Positions 1 to 12,709 of a stretch of DNA of 64,000 nt are shown here, one piece after another (the stretch's first letter is position 1; each line of letters opens with the position of its first letter). The DNA lies in contig NC_091984.1 of the NCBI RefSeq assembly GCF_044704955.1, forward strand, positions 179,180,001 through 179,244,000, read 5' to 3'. Both the position numbers and the translations under genes were made by a program. This DNA is from Pristiophorus japonicus. Taxonomy: Eukaryota. A model generated the notes under the pieces. That model was not told where the DNA came from. It did not search any database and saw only the letters and a list, made by a program, of their open reading frames with translations.

Positions 1-89
1 TGAAGCTACTCCCCCACAATCCCCCCCCCCCACACACACACATTTGAATGGGCCCCTGTATCACGGTGCTGTGGTCAGCTTTCTCATCC

Positions 90-345
90 TCCTAGCAGTC
101 CCTGCCCTCGTCCACACAGGAAGCAAGAACATCGTACCTGTTTGACACTACCTCTTGTTGCACCCTACCTGCCCCACTCATAGTCACACTGTCCTGTCCC
201 TGGACCAAATTTGAATTAATTAATCTAATGGGTGTGACTCGGGGTCCAGGTAACTCTCCCCCTCCCTGATATGCCGCAGTGTCCACAGCTCGGAATCCAG
301 CTCATCAACATGGAGCCGAAGTTCCTCGAACCAACATTTACTGCA
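90..345 (-). mobile_element. CR1-like LINE ORF1 (5') fragment
   Basis: Minus-strand translation ICSKCWFEELRLHVDELDSELWTLRHIREGESYLD followed by ..VSNRYDVL resembles the zinc-finger/leucine-zipper start of shark CR1 ORF1. Confidence 0.6.
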
Positions 346-349
346 GATA

Positions 350-2235
350 AATTGATTAGTTGATAAACATCTGTCTGATAGTTTCTCGGAACTGTTTTTA
401 AAATAAAGGCTAGGACACAGTTTCCACGAGAGGTTTCTGCTGAACATCCATTGAAGTTACCGTCGAGGAGTAGTTGGAGCTTGAGGAATTTCTTGGTTGT
501 AGGGGCACAAGGATTTCCTGGGTTAGATCTCTGCATACAAAGTGGAGTAGTTATTAATGTAAATCCAGTGTAGCACATGTATAGGATGCTGGAGTGCAGC
601 GTTTAACAAAGACTGTTACAACTATACACTTCAGCTTCATATTGTAGGACAACCAATTAAGAAGGGAGCAGTGCTTGGCTCAGTCAATTAACTCTCATAA
701 CTTCAGTGAATGACTCAGCGATGTTTGTTTCAAGAATTGTGATGCTAGGTATAGCATCTGCATCAAGCACCCGGACAAGGTAACAGGACGTGACACTCAG
801 AAGCAGAAAATAATACAGAATTTCTGATCAGGACTTCCAAGCCCACCTTGGGAAACTGAATTAAAGAGGCAGAGATTTGCGGATGTCTGTACCAGAAAGC
901 CTTTTAAGAATAACCATTCCTGAAAACCTGACAGGGCTGTCACGTACCAGCTGGAAAAGTGTGGCGGGGGGGGGGGGGGGGGGCACTGGTACTGGGTTCC
1001 CACTCTACCACACCCAGAATTGCCGACGATTGCCAAAGAAGTTCACCAACCCTCGGTTAAGGGATATTCCAACTCAAGAGCTTGCACTGGGATTACACTG
1101 CTTCCTTAATAGCAAATCCTGACATGGATAACTCTAAAATCTCTTCTGAACCTCAGTTTGCACCCAAGAGAAGCACTGGAATGGTGAAAGGAAGGCACGT
1201 GTAGGTACCCAGGAGATGGAGAATGTTAGGACAGAATAAGTTGGATTATGTGCACTTTGGATTTCATTGTATTAAAATAGATCGTGCACTGTCATTGCAC
1301 TGTATTTTTAATGGTGGTTCTAGCCATACACGAAAGGGTGTAGATATTTGGTGCTGAATAATTCCCCAGGTGGTGTTCATTGTCAGCCTCGTGTAGAGGC
1401 AAATGGTGCTGAAGTGTTGTCCTGTTGTAGGAAAAGTAGTAGCTTGAGGGAATGTGTCTTTATTGAAAATTAGAAGGAGGTCATGTGGTGATGTGAATGG
1501 CAGACTTGACTGATGTTTGTGCTCTGATGAAGAGGCTGTAACTTATTTATGAAATACGATCTGGATCATATTGCAAATCCTCTCCAAATCTGCCCAGTAA
1601 AGCTTGCATTTAATGCCCTGATTGTCCTCTCAACGATTAACTTAGTAGAGGCACTAGCCTCCGAGCTGTGTTCCGGTGCTGTTTTCGGGCAGACCTTATG
1701 AGGAGAATAATCATGGACGTGGTAGGCTTTGTTACCAAGAAGCCATTCATGGATGTGATTAACAGACCCACGCCCTGAAACCTGACGAAATGGAGAGGTG
1801 AACCATGCAGTAGGAAGGTATGACAACTTCCATCAGATTGAGTGTTGATATGAAGGATTCTCTGCATGTTGTCGCACACAAGCTGTACATTCTGGGATAC
1901 GAAGCGCCTCGTGTTGATGTAACTGAATTGATTTTCTGTGGTAGTTTGCAAAGCAACATGAGTGCCATCTATTGCAGCCTTTGTGGAAACCCGAATCCCT
2001 GAAAATTGGATGCCCCGAACATTTTTTGTCCCTGCTGTGATTCCAAAGGTAATGAGCTTGCCTGCTCTCCTGTAAAGGACGTCAACAACATAATAAATGC
2101 ATGGACCATACTACTGCCTGGTGGACATTCCTCCTGCGTGCCTAGAATTACCCTGTGGTATCAAGGTTGAGGGCCATGCGTTTCCCCTGAGAGATCAGTG
2201 TGAATAGATAAGTGTGGCTCTGGGTCCTACAGCCA
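350..2235 (-). mobile_element. Duplicated block copy A1 with a decayed PIF/Harbinger (HARBI1-like) transposase (~1500-2200)
   Basis: Minus-strand frames give GFPQ..AIDGTHVALQTTTENQFSYINTRRFVSQNVQLVCD and WLLGNKAY..LIVERTIRALNASF (Harbinger DDE motifs), broken by frameshifts. The block aligns by eye with 3470-5620. Confidence 0.75.
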
Positions 2236-2913
2236 CCTGAGGAAAGAGTGTTTGAAGACCAGGCCCTCAAAACTGTCACTAAACTCATGGTCTACAGGGC
2301 TGTAGTAATACATGCCCCACTGTATAAATTAGAAACATGGACCATGTACAGTAGACACCTCAAGTCGCTGGAGAAATACCATCAATGATGTCTCCACAAG
2401 ATCCTACAAATTGAGAGGACAGACGCACCAACATTAGCGTCCTCAACCAGACCAACATCCCCAGCATTGAAGCACTGACCACACTTGATCAGCTCTGCTG
2501 GGGAGACCACATAGTTCGCATGCCAGACACAAGACTCCCAAAGCAAGCGCTCTACTCAGAATTCCTTCACGGCAAATGAGCCAAAGGTGGGCAGCAGAAC
2601 CTTACAAGGATACCCTCAAAGCCTCTCTGATAATGTGCAACATTCCCATTGACACCTGGGAGTCCCTGGCCAAAGACCACCCCAATTGGAGGAAGTGCAT
2701 CTGGGAGAGCGCTGAGCACCTCGAGTCTCGTCGTCGAGAGCATGCAGAAATCATGCGCAAGCTGCGGAAAGAGCATGCGGCAAACCCATCCCACCTACCC
2801 CTTCCCTCAACGACTATCTGTCCCACCTGTGACAGAGACTGTGGTTCTCGTATTGGACTGTATAGCCACCTAAGAACTCATGTTCCTCGATTCCGAGGGA
2901 CTGCCTATGATGA
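2236..2913 (+). mobile_element. RTE-clade LINE 3' fragment
   Basis: PKQALYSE..YKDTLKASLIMCNIPIDTWESLAKDHPNWRK..CPTCDRDCGSRIGLYSHLRTH (C-terminal zinc finger), ending in cctcgattccgagggactgcctatgatgat. Confidence 0.8.
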
Positions 2914-3465
2914 TAAAATAGTTGAGAGTCCAGCACCAATCTCTGAGGCACCCCACTAGCCACTCTTTGCCAACAGGAAAATGACCCATTTATACCGACT
3001 CTCTGTTTTCTGTTAGTTAGAGAATCCTCTAACCATGCCAATATATTACCCCCAAACACGTGAACTTTTATCTTGTGCAGTAACCTTTTATGTGGCACCT
3101 TAGAGAATGCCTTCTGGAAATCCAAATACATGATATCCACTGGTTCACCCTTATTCACCCTGCTCGTTACATCCTCAAAGAACTCCTGCAAATTTGTCAA
3201 ACATGATTTCCCTTTCATTAAACCATGCTGACTCTGTTTGATTGAATTATGCTTTTCCATATGTCCCGCTACTGCTTCCTTAATAATGGATTCCAGCATT
3301 TTCCCAATGACAGATGTTAGGCTAACTGGTCTATAGTTTCCTGCTGTTTGTCTGCCTCCTTTTTTAAATAGGGGCGTTACATTTGCAGTTTCCAATCCAC
3401 TGGGACCACCCCAGAATCCGGGGAATTTTGGTAGATTACAACCAATGCATCTACTATTTCTGCAT
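2914..3465 (-). mobile_element. CR1 LINE reverse transcriptase fragment
   Basis: ANVTPLFKKG..NYRPVSLTS..QHG..KSCLTNL..YLDFQKAF. Confidence 0.9.
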
Positions 3466-3469
3466 TATC

Positions 3470-6030
3470 ATTAATTAATAAACATCTGTAAGATATAACT
3501 TTGTCTGATAGTTTCTCGGATCTGTTTATTAAATAAAGGATAGGCCACAGGAGATAGAGCAGTATTTCTGGCGTGATATCAAGACAACCAGAGAGCTTAA
3601 TTGGGAATTTCCTCTCAGCTTCTAACATTCCACCACAGCTTGTGCGGTAGTTCGATGGAAACCCGGGGATGAAATTGGTCTTCGGTGATAGAGTAAAACA
3701 GTTTGGTGAATTGACAGTCAATTTCAGCGTGGTGTAAAAACGGCTAACCAGTTCCTGTTGCCTGTTTTGCACTATGATCCAAGACCAATTTCACTCTGCA
3801 AATTTACATGACGGGTTTCTGCTGAACATCCACCGAAATTACCGTCGTGGAGTAGGAGGAGCTCCAGGAAATTCCTGATGATCGATGCACAAGAGTTTCA
3901 CGGGTCAGATCATTGCTTATATTTTGGAGTAGTCATTAGTATGAATCCAGCTTAATACATGTGTAGGATGCTGGAGTGCTGCGTTTAACAAAGACGGCAA
4001 AAACTATGCACATCAGCATCATAGTGAGGACAACCAGGTAAGAAGGGAGCAGTGTTTGGCTCAGTCCAATGATTCGCACATAACTTCAGTGCATGTCTCG
4101 GTAATCAAGAATTATGTCGAGAGTAGGAACATCTGCATCAAACACCCAGACAAGATGGCAGGACGTCACACTCAGGAACAGAAAATGATACAGAATTTCT
4201 GACTGGGACCTCGAAGATTGCCAGAAGAACTTTACCAACGTCACCAGGGTAAATAAGATAGCACACCATGTGCTCCAGCACACTCTTCACCATCTTAAAG
4301 CAACCATTGTCAACTAATATTTCATAATGTACTTAGGTTAAGGCCTTGCACGCTGGTTACACTGCTTCCCTAACAGCTATTACTTACATGCAAAACTCTA
4401 AACTCTATTCTGACCCTCAATGTGCACCTAGATGAACGGAAGGCACGTGTAGGTACCTAGGAGACGGAGCGTGTTCAGAAAGAATAAGTTGGGCTATGTG
4501 CACTTTGGACTGCATTGTATTAAAAGAGAGACTGCACTGGCATTGCACTTTGTTATTGATGGAGGTTGCAGTCATACACGAACGAGTGCTGGATGCTGGA
4601 TTATTCACCCGGTGGTGTTCATTGTCATCTCGTGTAGAGGCAACGGGGCTGAAGTGTTGCCATGGTGTAGGAAAGATAATAGATTGAGTGAATGTGTCTT
4701 TGTTGGACATGTTGAGTACAGAAGGAGGTAATGCAACAGTGCCAAAGGAAGTTGATGTCTGTGCTCTGATGCAGCATCATTGGGGATCTCCTCAATGTTG
4801 GCCATCACGATATTTTCTATCATGTAGTTCTGGATCTAGTAGAGCGAGGGCCACCTCACCAGCCATTTCAAAGTCCATTCATTTTTGAATGGTGAAATTA
4901 TGAAAGGTCCGCCTGCTGCAAATTTTTCGTGAAAAGCGATCTGGATGATATTGCAAAGGCCCTCCAGATCGGCCCAGGTGCATTTAATGGTTCTCCCAAT
5001 GAATATTTGCCTTTTAGCTGTGGTCCCGTGCTTTCTTCGGGCCCAACTTACTGGGAGAATAAGCCATGGGAGCAGGGGGTAGGCTTTTTCACCAGAAGAC
5101 ATTCGTTGATATGATTCCCCCCCCCATCCCGTCCCCCGTCTGAAGAGATAATGAGGATGTTTTGGGGGGGGGGGGGCGGCGACTAATTATGGAGTAGGAA
5201 GGTGTTATGATTACTTCCATTTTATTAGATGTGACATGAAGGATTTTTCGCATGTTGTTACATTCTGCGATATGAAGCTCCTCATGTAGATGTAGCAGAT
5301 AGGGTTTTCTGTGGTAGTTTGCAAAACAACATGCGTGTCGTCGATTGCAGCCTTTGTGGGAACCAGAACAACAGAAAAGTAGATAGCCCTAACTTGTTTC
5401 CTCGTGGCTGTGATTCCAAAGGTAATGCATTTGCCTGCTTCCCTGTAAAGGACATCATAACATATTGAATGAACAGCCTAAACTACTGCCCGGTTGATAC
5501 TGCAAAGATACCTAACGGCTGCCGAGACTTACCCGATGATATAAACGTTGAGAGCTTCAGTTAACTGGATAGCTCTTGAGATATCAATGTGAGTCGATGT
5601 GCGTGACTGTCGTCCACTTGTATAGTTACCGTTTGCCTCTCTGGTAATGTTCCTCATATGGAGTAATATCTCGTAGGCTCAATCGTTTTTCAATCCTGCC
5701 TGATGCTTTTTTGCTCCGTCCTGCGCTGATTCTCCTCCACCTCCATGATAATTGCATACAACGGTAAGTGCATAGGAAATATCATCCACAGCATCGTGAG
5801 ACTTAGAGGATTCCATAATTTGGTTCCAATTGATGATGATTAGTTAAAGAGGAGAGTTTACCTTCTGAGCTTTACAGCAGTGCTCATTCTGTGTCCTCAG
5901 GAAACAACAAGGGAGATTTCCAATGGGGGCTAAATCTTAAATAATGGAATCAGTGAACCTTACAAACAGGGCTTAGTGATATTCCTTACATTTCTGACAA
6001 GTACTCGCAATGTAACCTTGTCACCCGTTC
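3470..6030 (-). mobile_element. Duplicated block copy A2 with a decayed Harbinger transposase (~4750-5800)
   Basis: AIDDTHVVLQTTTENPICYI and GEKAYPLLPWLILPV..FIGRTI motifs; colinear with 350-2235 and with 53930-56965. Confidence 0.75.
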
Positions 6031-6554
6031 ATTGTAAACCAGGGGACATGTAGCAGAATGGATAGGAAGCTGGCTACAAAACGCAAAAAAGAGGGTGGGG
6101 CCAAGGTAGTTACCCAGGTTGGCAAATGGTGGCAATTTGTGTTCCACAAGGATCGGTACTGCGACAACTGTTGTTCACCATTTACATAAATGGTTTGGAC
6201 CCGGGAATCGGAAGTACAATTTTAAAATTTGCAGATGACACCAATGGTCTATCATCTTCAATATAGAAAAGGGTGAGGTGGTACATTTTGCTGGGAAGAA
6301 TAAGGAGACTACATACTCCTTGGAAAATACGTTTCTAAATGGGGTAGAGGAACAGAGGTATCTGGGGACCGAAATCCAGATACCACCAGATGGAGCAGCA
6401 TAGTTAATAAAACCATAAGCAGGGAAAAAAGCATCGGGATTCATTTTTAGAGTGATAAAACTGAAAAGCAGAGAGGTTATATAGAGAAGTTATAAATTGT
6501 TTTAGAACCTTGGTTAGATTACATTTGGAGTATTGTCAACAGATCTGGTAATCT

Positions 6555-6755
6555 GGCCAATATTTATCGCACAATCAACATCATAAAAACAGATTATCTG
6601 GTCATTATCACATTGCTGTTTGTGGGAGTTTGTTGAGCGCAAGTTGGCAGTCGCGTTTCCGATATTACAACAGTGACTATACTCCTAAAGTATTTCATTG
6701 GCTGTAAAGCACTTTGAGACGTCTGGTGGTCGTGAAAGGCGCTATATAAATGGAA
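6555..6755 (+). mobile_element. DeuSINE/SacSINE1-like SINE 3' fragment
   Basis: ggccaatatttatc..acagattatctggtcattatcacattgctgtttgtggg..tgtaaagcactttg..gaaaggcgctatataaat; same family as 34062-34510 and 46719-46925. Confidence 0.8.
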
Positions 6756-6807
6756 GCACTGGATAAAGTGCAAAAAAAGATTTACTGCAATAATACCAAA
6801 ACTGAGA

Positions 6808-7292
6808 GATTACTGAGATGAAGGGGTTGACTTATGAGGAAAGGTTGAGTAGGTTGGGCCTATTCTCATTGGAGTTTAGAACAATGAGAGGTGATCTTAT
6901 TGAAACATATAAGATACTGAGGGGGCTTGACAAGGTAGATGCAGAGAGGACGTTTCCCCTCACGTGGGAATCTAGAACTAGGGGACATCGTTTCAGATTA
7001 AGGAATCGCTGATTAGAAACTGAGATGAGAAGGAATTTGTTCTTTTAGAGGGTTGTAAATCTGTGGAGTTCTCTGACCCCGAGAGCTGTGGAGGCCAGGT
7101 CATTGAACATATGTAAGGTGGAGATAGACAGATTTTTGAACGATAAGGGAGTAAAGAGTTATGGTGAGCGGGCAGGGAAGTGGAGCTGAGCCCAAGATCA
7201 GATCAGCCATGATCTTATTGAATGGCGGAGCAGGCTCGAGTGGCCAAATTGTCTATTCCTGCTCTGATTTCTTATGTACTTATGTTCTTATG
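6808..7292 (+). mobile_element. CR1 LINE 3' end
   Basis: YEERLSRLGLFSLEFR.MRGDLIETYKI motif, CR1 3' UTR and (TTCTTATG)n-type tail. Confidence 0.9.
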
Positions 7293-7774
7293 TGCCTATT
7301 CAGAAGTTTTGAACAGGCTTGGCTCTTCTCGGTGGAAAAGAGAAGACTGAGCGGTGCGCTGATAGAAGTCTTGAAGAATATGGGCGTGTTCAATAGGTTA
7401 GACGAGGAGAAGCTGTTTCCACTTGCAGCGTGATCAGAACTAGGGGCCATAAATATAAGATAGTCACTCATAAATCCAATAGAAATTCAGGAGAAACTTC
7501 TTTACAGAGAGTGTTGCTGGAATGTGGAACTCACTTACAGGAGTAATTGAGACAAATTGCATAGATTAATTTAACGGAAAACTAGATAAGCACATGTGGG
7601 AAAAAAAGAATAGAAGGATATGTTGATAGGATTAGATGAAAAAGATTGGAAAGAGGCTTGTGTGGCGCATAAGCTCCAGCACGACCCTGTTGGGCAAATG
7701 GCTGTTTCTGTGCTGTAAATACGTTGTAATACCTTTTTAACTTCGTAAATCTTGGTAAGGGCTGGTCCCTCAAT

Positions 7775-8030
7775 ATTACAAAGTTATGCAGCACACAACG
7801 ACACATCTGGAAACACAGTCAGTGCTGTAGTGCAGAGCTCCACCCGAATGGTCCAGGCACCAGCTATATTTCTGGTAGTGGTATAGCTCTCGTTGTAGGT
7901 CAGCTCTGTGTCTGTGCACAGGTTCTTGACAGATGTCATGAGACATGTCTGAAGGAGATTCTCCTTGTCGCCCAGTAGACAGCGTGTGCCCTGACAGCCT
8001 AGTTGGACAAAAGGCAGTAAAGAGCCACAG
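7775..8030 (-). mobile_element. Harbinger transposase C-terminal fragment (family distinct from block A)
   Basis: LLGDK..LQTCLMTSVKN..TYNESYTTTRNI / CLDHSGGALHYS..VSRCVVVCC..LHN across frames. Confidence 0.8.
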
Positions 8031-8074
8031 CATAAGCGACATAGGTAGGAAAAATTTGTCAAAAATCGAAGAGC

Positions 8075-8835
8075 AAGTTATTTAAACGGAGAAAAATTGC
8101 AAAGTTCTGCAATAGAGCAAGACCTGGGGGTCCTGGTGATGAAACACAAAGGTTAGTATGCAGGTACAGCAAGTGATCATGAAGGCCAATGGAATTTTGG
8201 CCTTTATTGCAATGGGGATGGAGTATAAAAGCAAGGAAGTCCTGCTACAATTATACAAGATATTGGTGAGATCATCCTGGAATACTGTGTACAGTTTTGG
8301 TTTCCATATTTAAGAAAGGCTTTACTTGCTTAGAGGCAGTTCAGAGAAGATTCACTAGGTTGATTCCGGAGATGAACTTAGTGGAAAGGCTGAGTAGGTT
8401 GGGCCTCTACTCATTGGAATTCAGAAGTATGAGAGGTGATCTTATCGAAACGTATATGATTATGAGGGGGCTTGACAAGGTGCATGCAGAGATGATGTTT
8501 CCACTGATAGGGGAGGCTAGAACTAGGGGGCATAATCTTAGAATAAGGGGTCACCCATTTAAACTGAGATGAGGAGGAATTTTTTCTCTCAGAAGGTGGT
8601 ATATCTGTGGAATTCGCTGCCTCAGAGAGTTGTGGAAGCTGGTCATTGAATAAATTTAAGGCATAGATAGGCTGTTTCTTAACTGATAAGGGAATAAGGG
8701 GTTATGAGGAGCGGGCAGGGAAGTGGACCTGAGTCCATGATCAGATCAGCCATGATCGTATTAAATGGTGCAGTAGACTCGAGGGGCCATATGGCCTACT
8801 GCTGCTCCTATTTCTTAAGTTCTAATGTTCTTATC
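8075..8835 (+). mobile_element. CR1 LINE 3' end
   Basis: LEAVQRRFTRLIPEM..LGLYSLEFR.MRGDLIETY, then 3' UTR and tail. Confidence 0.9.
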
Positions 8836-10170
8836 CATCTCTTAGAGTATTTCTTTCTCACTGGAATATGTCTTTGCTGAGAGTTATGAAATATAATCTT
8901 AAATATTTGCCACTGTTTTTCTACAGTCTTACACTTTAATATATTTTCCCATCCACATTGACCAACATTTCCTTTATACCTTTGTAATTACCTTTATTTA
9001 AGTTCAGACCTAGCTTTCTCACCATCGCAATGAATTTGAAATTCTACCATGCTATGATTACTCTTCCCAAGAGGATCCCTCACTATGAGATCATTAATTA
9101 ATCCAGCCCCGTTACAGATTACCAGATCTAAAACAGTCTTCTCCCTGGTTGGTTCCACAATGTATTGTTCTAAGAAACCATCCCGCATAAACTCTATGAA
9201 CGCTTCCTCAAGGCTACCTTTGCCAATTTGATTTGTCCAATCAATATGAAGATTAAAACTGCCCATGATTATTGCCTTACCTTTCTTACAAGCCTCCATT
9301 ATTTCTTGATTTATGCTCTGTCCTACAGCGTGGCTATTGTTTTCCGGTCTGTAGACCACTCCCACCAGTGACTTATTTCCCTTATTATTTCTTATCTCCA
9401 CCCAAACTGACCCTACATCTTGATCTTCTGAGCCAATATCATTTCTCAGTATTGCACGAATCTCATCCCTTATTAACAGAGCTACCCCACCTCCTTTGAC
9501 TTTCTGCCTATCTTTACAAAATGGCAAATACCCCTGAATATTCAGTTCCCATCCTTGGTTACCTTGGAACCACATCTCTGTAATGGAAATCAGATCATGC
9601 CCATTTATTTCTATTTGTGCCAACAACTCATCGATCTTGTTATGAATGATGCTTGCATTCAGATATAGAGCTTTTCATTTTGTCTTATGTGTATATGTTC
9701 TGTTCATTCCTGTCACACTCTGGATATCATTACCCCTATCGCTACACTGCACTTTTTAATTCTCCTTTCACTTTGACTTTTTAAATTTCCACTCACCGGA
9801 TCCCTCCCTTCTCCACGCCGCCCCCCACCCCCCCCGCCCCCACCCTACTATTTAGTTTAAACCTCTATCTATAGCCCTAGTTATTCGATTTTCTAGGACA
9901 CTGGACCCACCCTTGTTCAAGTGAACCCTGGCCCGATGGAACTGCTCCCTCCTATCTGAGTACTGATGCCAGTGTCCCATGATCTGTAACCCATTTTTCC
10001 CTCAACAATCCTTGAGCCTCATTTTCATTTCTCTGATCATATTTTAGCTTTGCAAATTTGTTTGTGGCTCATATAGTAATCCAGAGAGTATTACCTTTGT
10101 GGTTCTGCTTTTTAATTTAGCCCCTAGCTGTTCATACTCCCTCAGCAGAACATCTTTCTTTGTCCTACCT
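8836..10170 (-). mobile_element. CR1 LINE 5'/APE endonuclease fragment
   Basis: ORF 8994-9626: ITEMW..QGWELNIQGY..GGGVALL..GVVYRP..GSFNL..LDLV..GKSNH. Confidence 0.9.
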
Positions 10171-11455
10171 ATGTTTGACAAATTTGCTGGAGTTCTTTGA
10201 GGATGTAACGAGCAGGGTGGATAGAGGGGAACCAGTAAATGTTGTGTATTTGGATTTCAAGAAAGCATTCGATAAGGTGCCTCATAAAAGGTTACTGCAC
10301 AAGATAAGAGCTCACGGGTTTGCGGGTATATATTGGCATGGATAGAGGATTGGCTAACTAACAGAACACAGAAAGTCAGGCTAAATGGGTCATTTTCAGG
10401 TTGGCAAACTTTAACTAGTGGGGTGCAACAGGGATCAGTGTTGGGGCTTCAATTATTTGCAATTTATATTAATGACTTGGATGAAGGGACCGAGTGTAAT
10501 GTAGCCAAATTTGCTGATGATACAAAGATAGCTGGGAAAACAAGTTATGAGGAGAATGCAAAGAATCTAGAAAAGAATATAGATCGGCTAAGTGAGTGGG
10601 AAAAATTTAGCAGATGGAATATAAAGTGGGAAAATGCAAGGTTATCCACTTTGGTAGGAAAAATAAAAAAACAAATTATTATTTAAATGGAGAGAGATTA
10701 CAACATACTGTGGTACAGAGGGATCGGGGCGGGGGTCTTTGTACATGAAATACAAACATTTAGCATGCAGGTACAGCAAGTAATTAGGAAGGCAAATAGA
10801 ATGTTAGCCTTTATTGCAAGGGGGATGGTGTGTCAAAATAGGGAAGTCCTGCTATAATTGTACAGGCCGTTGGTAAGACAACTGGGGTACTGCGCACAGG
10901 TTTGGTCTCCTTATTTAAGGAAGGATATACTTAAGGAAGGAGGCAGTTCAGAAAAGGTTTATGAGGTTGATTTCTGAGGTGAAGGGGTTGTCACATGAAG
11001 AAATGCTGAGCAGGTCGGGCCTATACTCATTGGAATTTAGAAGACTGGGAGGTGATCTTATTTAAACGTACAAGATTTTGAGGGGGCTTGACAGTGTAGA
11101 TGCAGAGAGGATATTTCCCCTCGTGGTGGATTCACGAACTAGGGGGCACAGTTTCAGAATAAAGGGTCACCCATTTAAAACGGAAATTAGGAGGAATTTC
11201 TTCTCTCAGAGGGTCGTGAATCTTTGGATTTCTCTACCCCAGTGAGCTGTGGAGGTTGGGTTATTGAATCTATTTAAGGTGGAGATAGACATATTTTTGA
11301 ATGTTAAGGGAGTCAAGGATTATGGGAAGTGGGCGGGGAAGTCATGTTGAGGCCAGGATCAGATCAGCCATGATCTTATTGAATGGCGGAGCAGGCTCGA
11401 GGGGCCAAATGGAGTACTCCTGCTCCTATTTCTTATGTTCTTATGTTCTTATGTT
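10170..11455 (+). mobile_element. CR1 LINE RT to 3' end
   Basis: CLTNLLEFFEDVT..QGSVLG..FADDTK; tail tcttatgttcttatgttcttatg. Confidence 0.9.
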
Positions 11456-11769
11456 AGGGGGCTGGCAGGGTGGTTAAGCATGTCTACTGCTGGGGCACGG
11501 ACCTACAAAATACACTTCCTGTGGTTGCGAACAAGATGCACATATTACAAATTGCAACATTGTTAAATCTGCTCTGCTCCACAGCAACCCTGCTAGTAAG
11601 AAAAGGGGATCTCTTTGAAGTACTCTCAAATGGCAGTGATTTTAATCAAAACTGTTCCACTACGCACATGAAATGCTATTAAACGAATAAAATGTATTGT
11701 CTCACGTTTGGTTGGGAGGAACTAACTTCATGCAACCTGACATTGTAATTGAAAAAAGTAATATAAACA

Positions 11770-12706
11770 TACTGCACAGAAGGCGGCCATTCAGCCATCG
11801 TATCTGTGCCTGCTCTTTCATAGAATCATATAATCTTACAGCACAGAAGAGCTCCATTAGGCCTGTGCCAGCTCTTTGAAAGAGCTGTTCAATTTATTCC
11901 CACACCCCAGCGTTTCTGTTCTCATTAAATACATGTCCATTTGCGTTTTGACAGTTCGTAGAATATGATTCCGCCACCGATTCTGGTAGTGCCTTCCACA
12001 TCTTAAAAACCTTACCTGAAAACATTCTCTTCATTTCCACTCTACTTTTTTTGCCAATCATTTTAAATTCATAACCTTTGATTACCGACCCACTTACCGG
12101 AGGATACACGGGCTCCCTACTTGCTCTTTCAAGCCCACATAATTTTGAATACCTCCATTAGGTCTCCCTTTAAACTTCTCTGCTATAAGCGTTACAATCG
12201 CAGCTTCTCCAATCCCACCACACAACTGAAGTCCTCACCCATGGTGTCATCATGGCAAACCTCCTCTGTAGTCCTTACAAACACTTGACATCCTTCCTAA
12301 AGCGTGGTACACAGAATTGTACACAATATCCCAGCTGAGGCCTAACCAGTGATTTGTAAAGGTTTAGCATGACTTTTTAAAATTTGTATTGTATGACCCT
12401 ATTTAAAAATCAAGTGTTCCATATGCTGTCGTAACTGCTGTATGAACTTGCCTTGCTACCTTCAAGGATTTGTGAATATGGAACCTCAAGTCTCTCTGCC
12501 CTTGCACACCCTCATGTTGTTTCTCCCAAAGTGCACATCACAGTTGTCTGCGTAAAATTGCATCTGCAATGTGTCTGCTCATTTCAACAGTCTTTCTATG
12601 TCCTCCTGAAGTGTGCTACTATGCTACTATCATGCTCACTAGTTACTACATTGCCTAGTTTAGTATCATCCACAAACTTCAAAATTGTACACCTTATACT
12701 AAAGTC
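11770..12706 (-). mobile_element. Old CR1 fragment, 3' part, split by a Harbinger insertion (resumes at 15848)
   Basis: Decayed RT/3' sequence. Joining the flanks (aaagtccag / gtcttctata..aatactgacccctgg) restores the motif seen uninterrupted at ~18001-18060. Confidence 0.65.
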
Positions 12707-12709
12707 CAG

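Noticed and set aside
967-983. Poly-G/poly-C runs (also ~5117, ~5164, ~30665, ~58045) as G-quadruplex elements
   Set aside because: Homopolymer expansions inside decayed repeats, with no conservation between paralogous copies.
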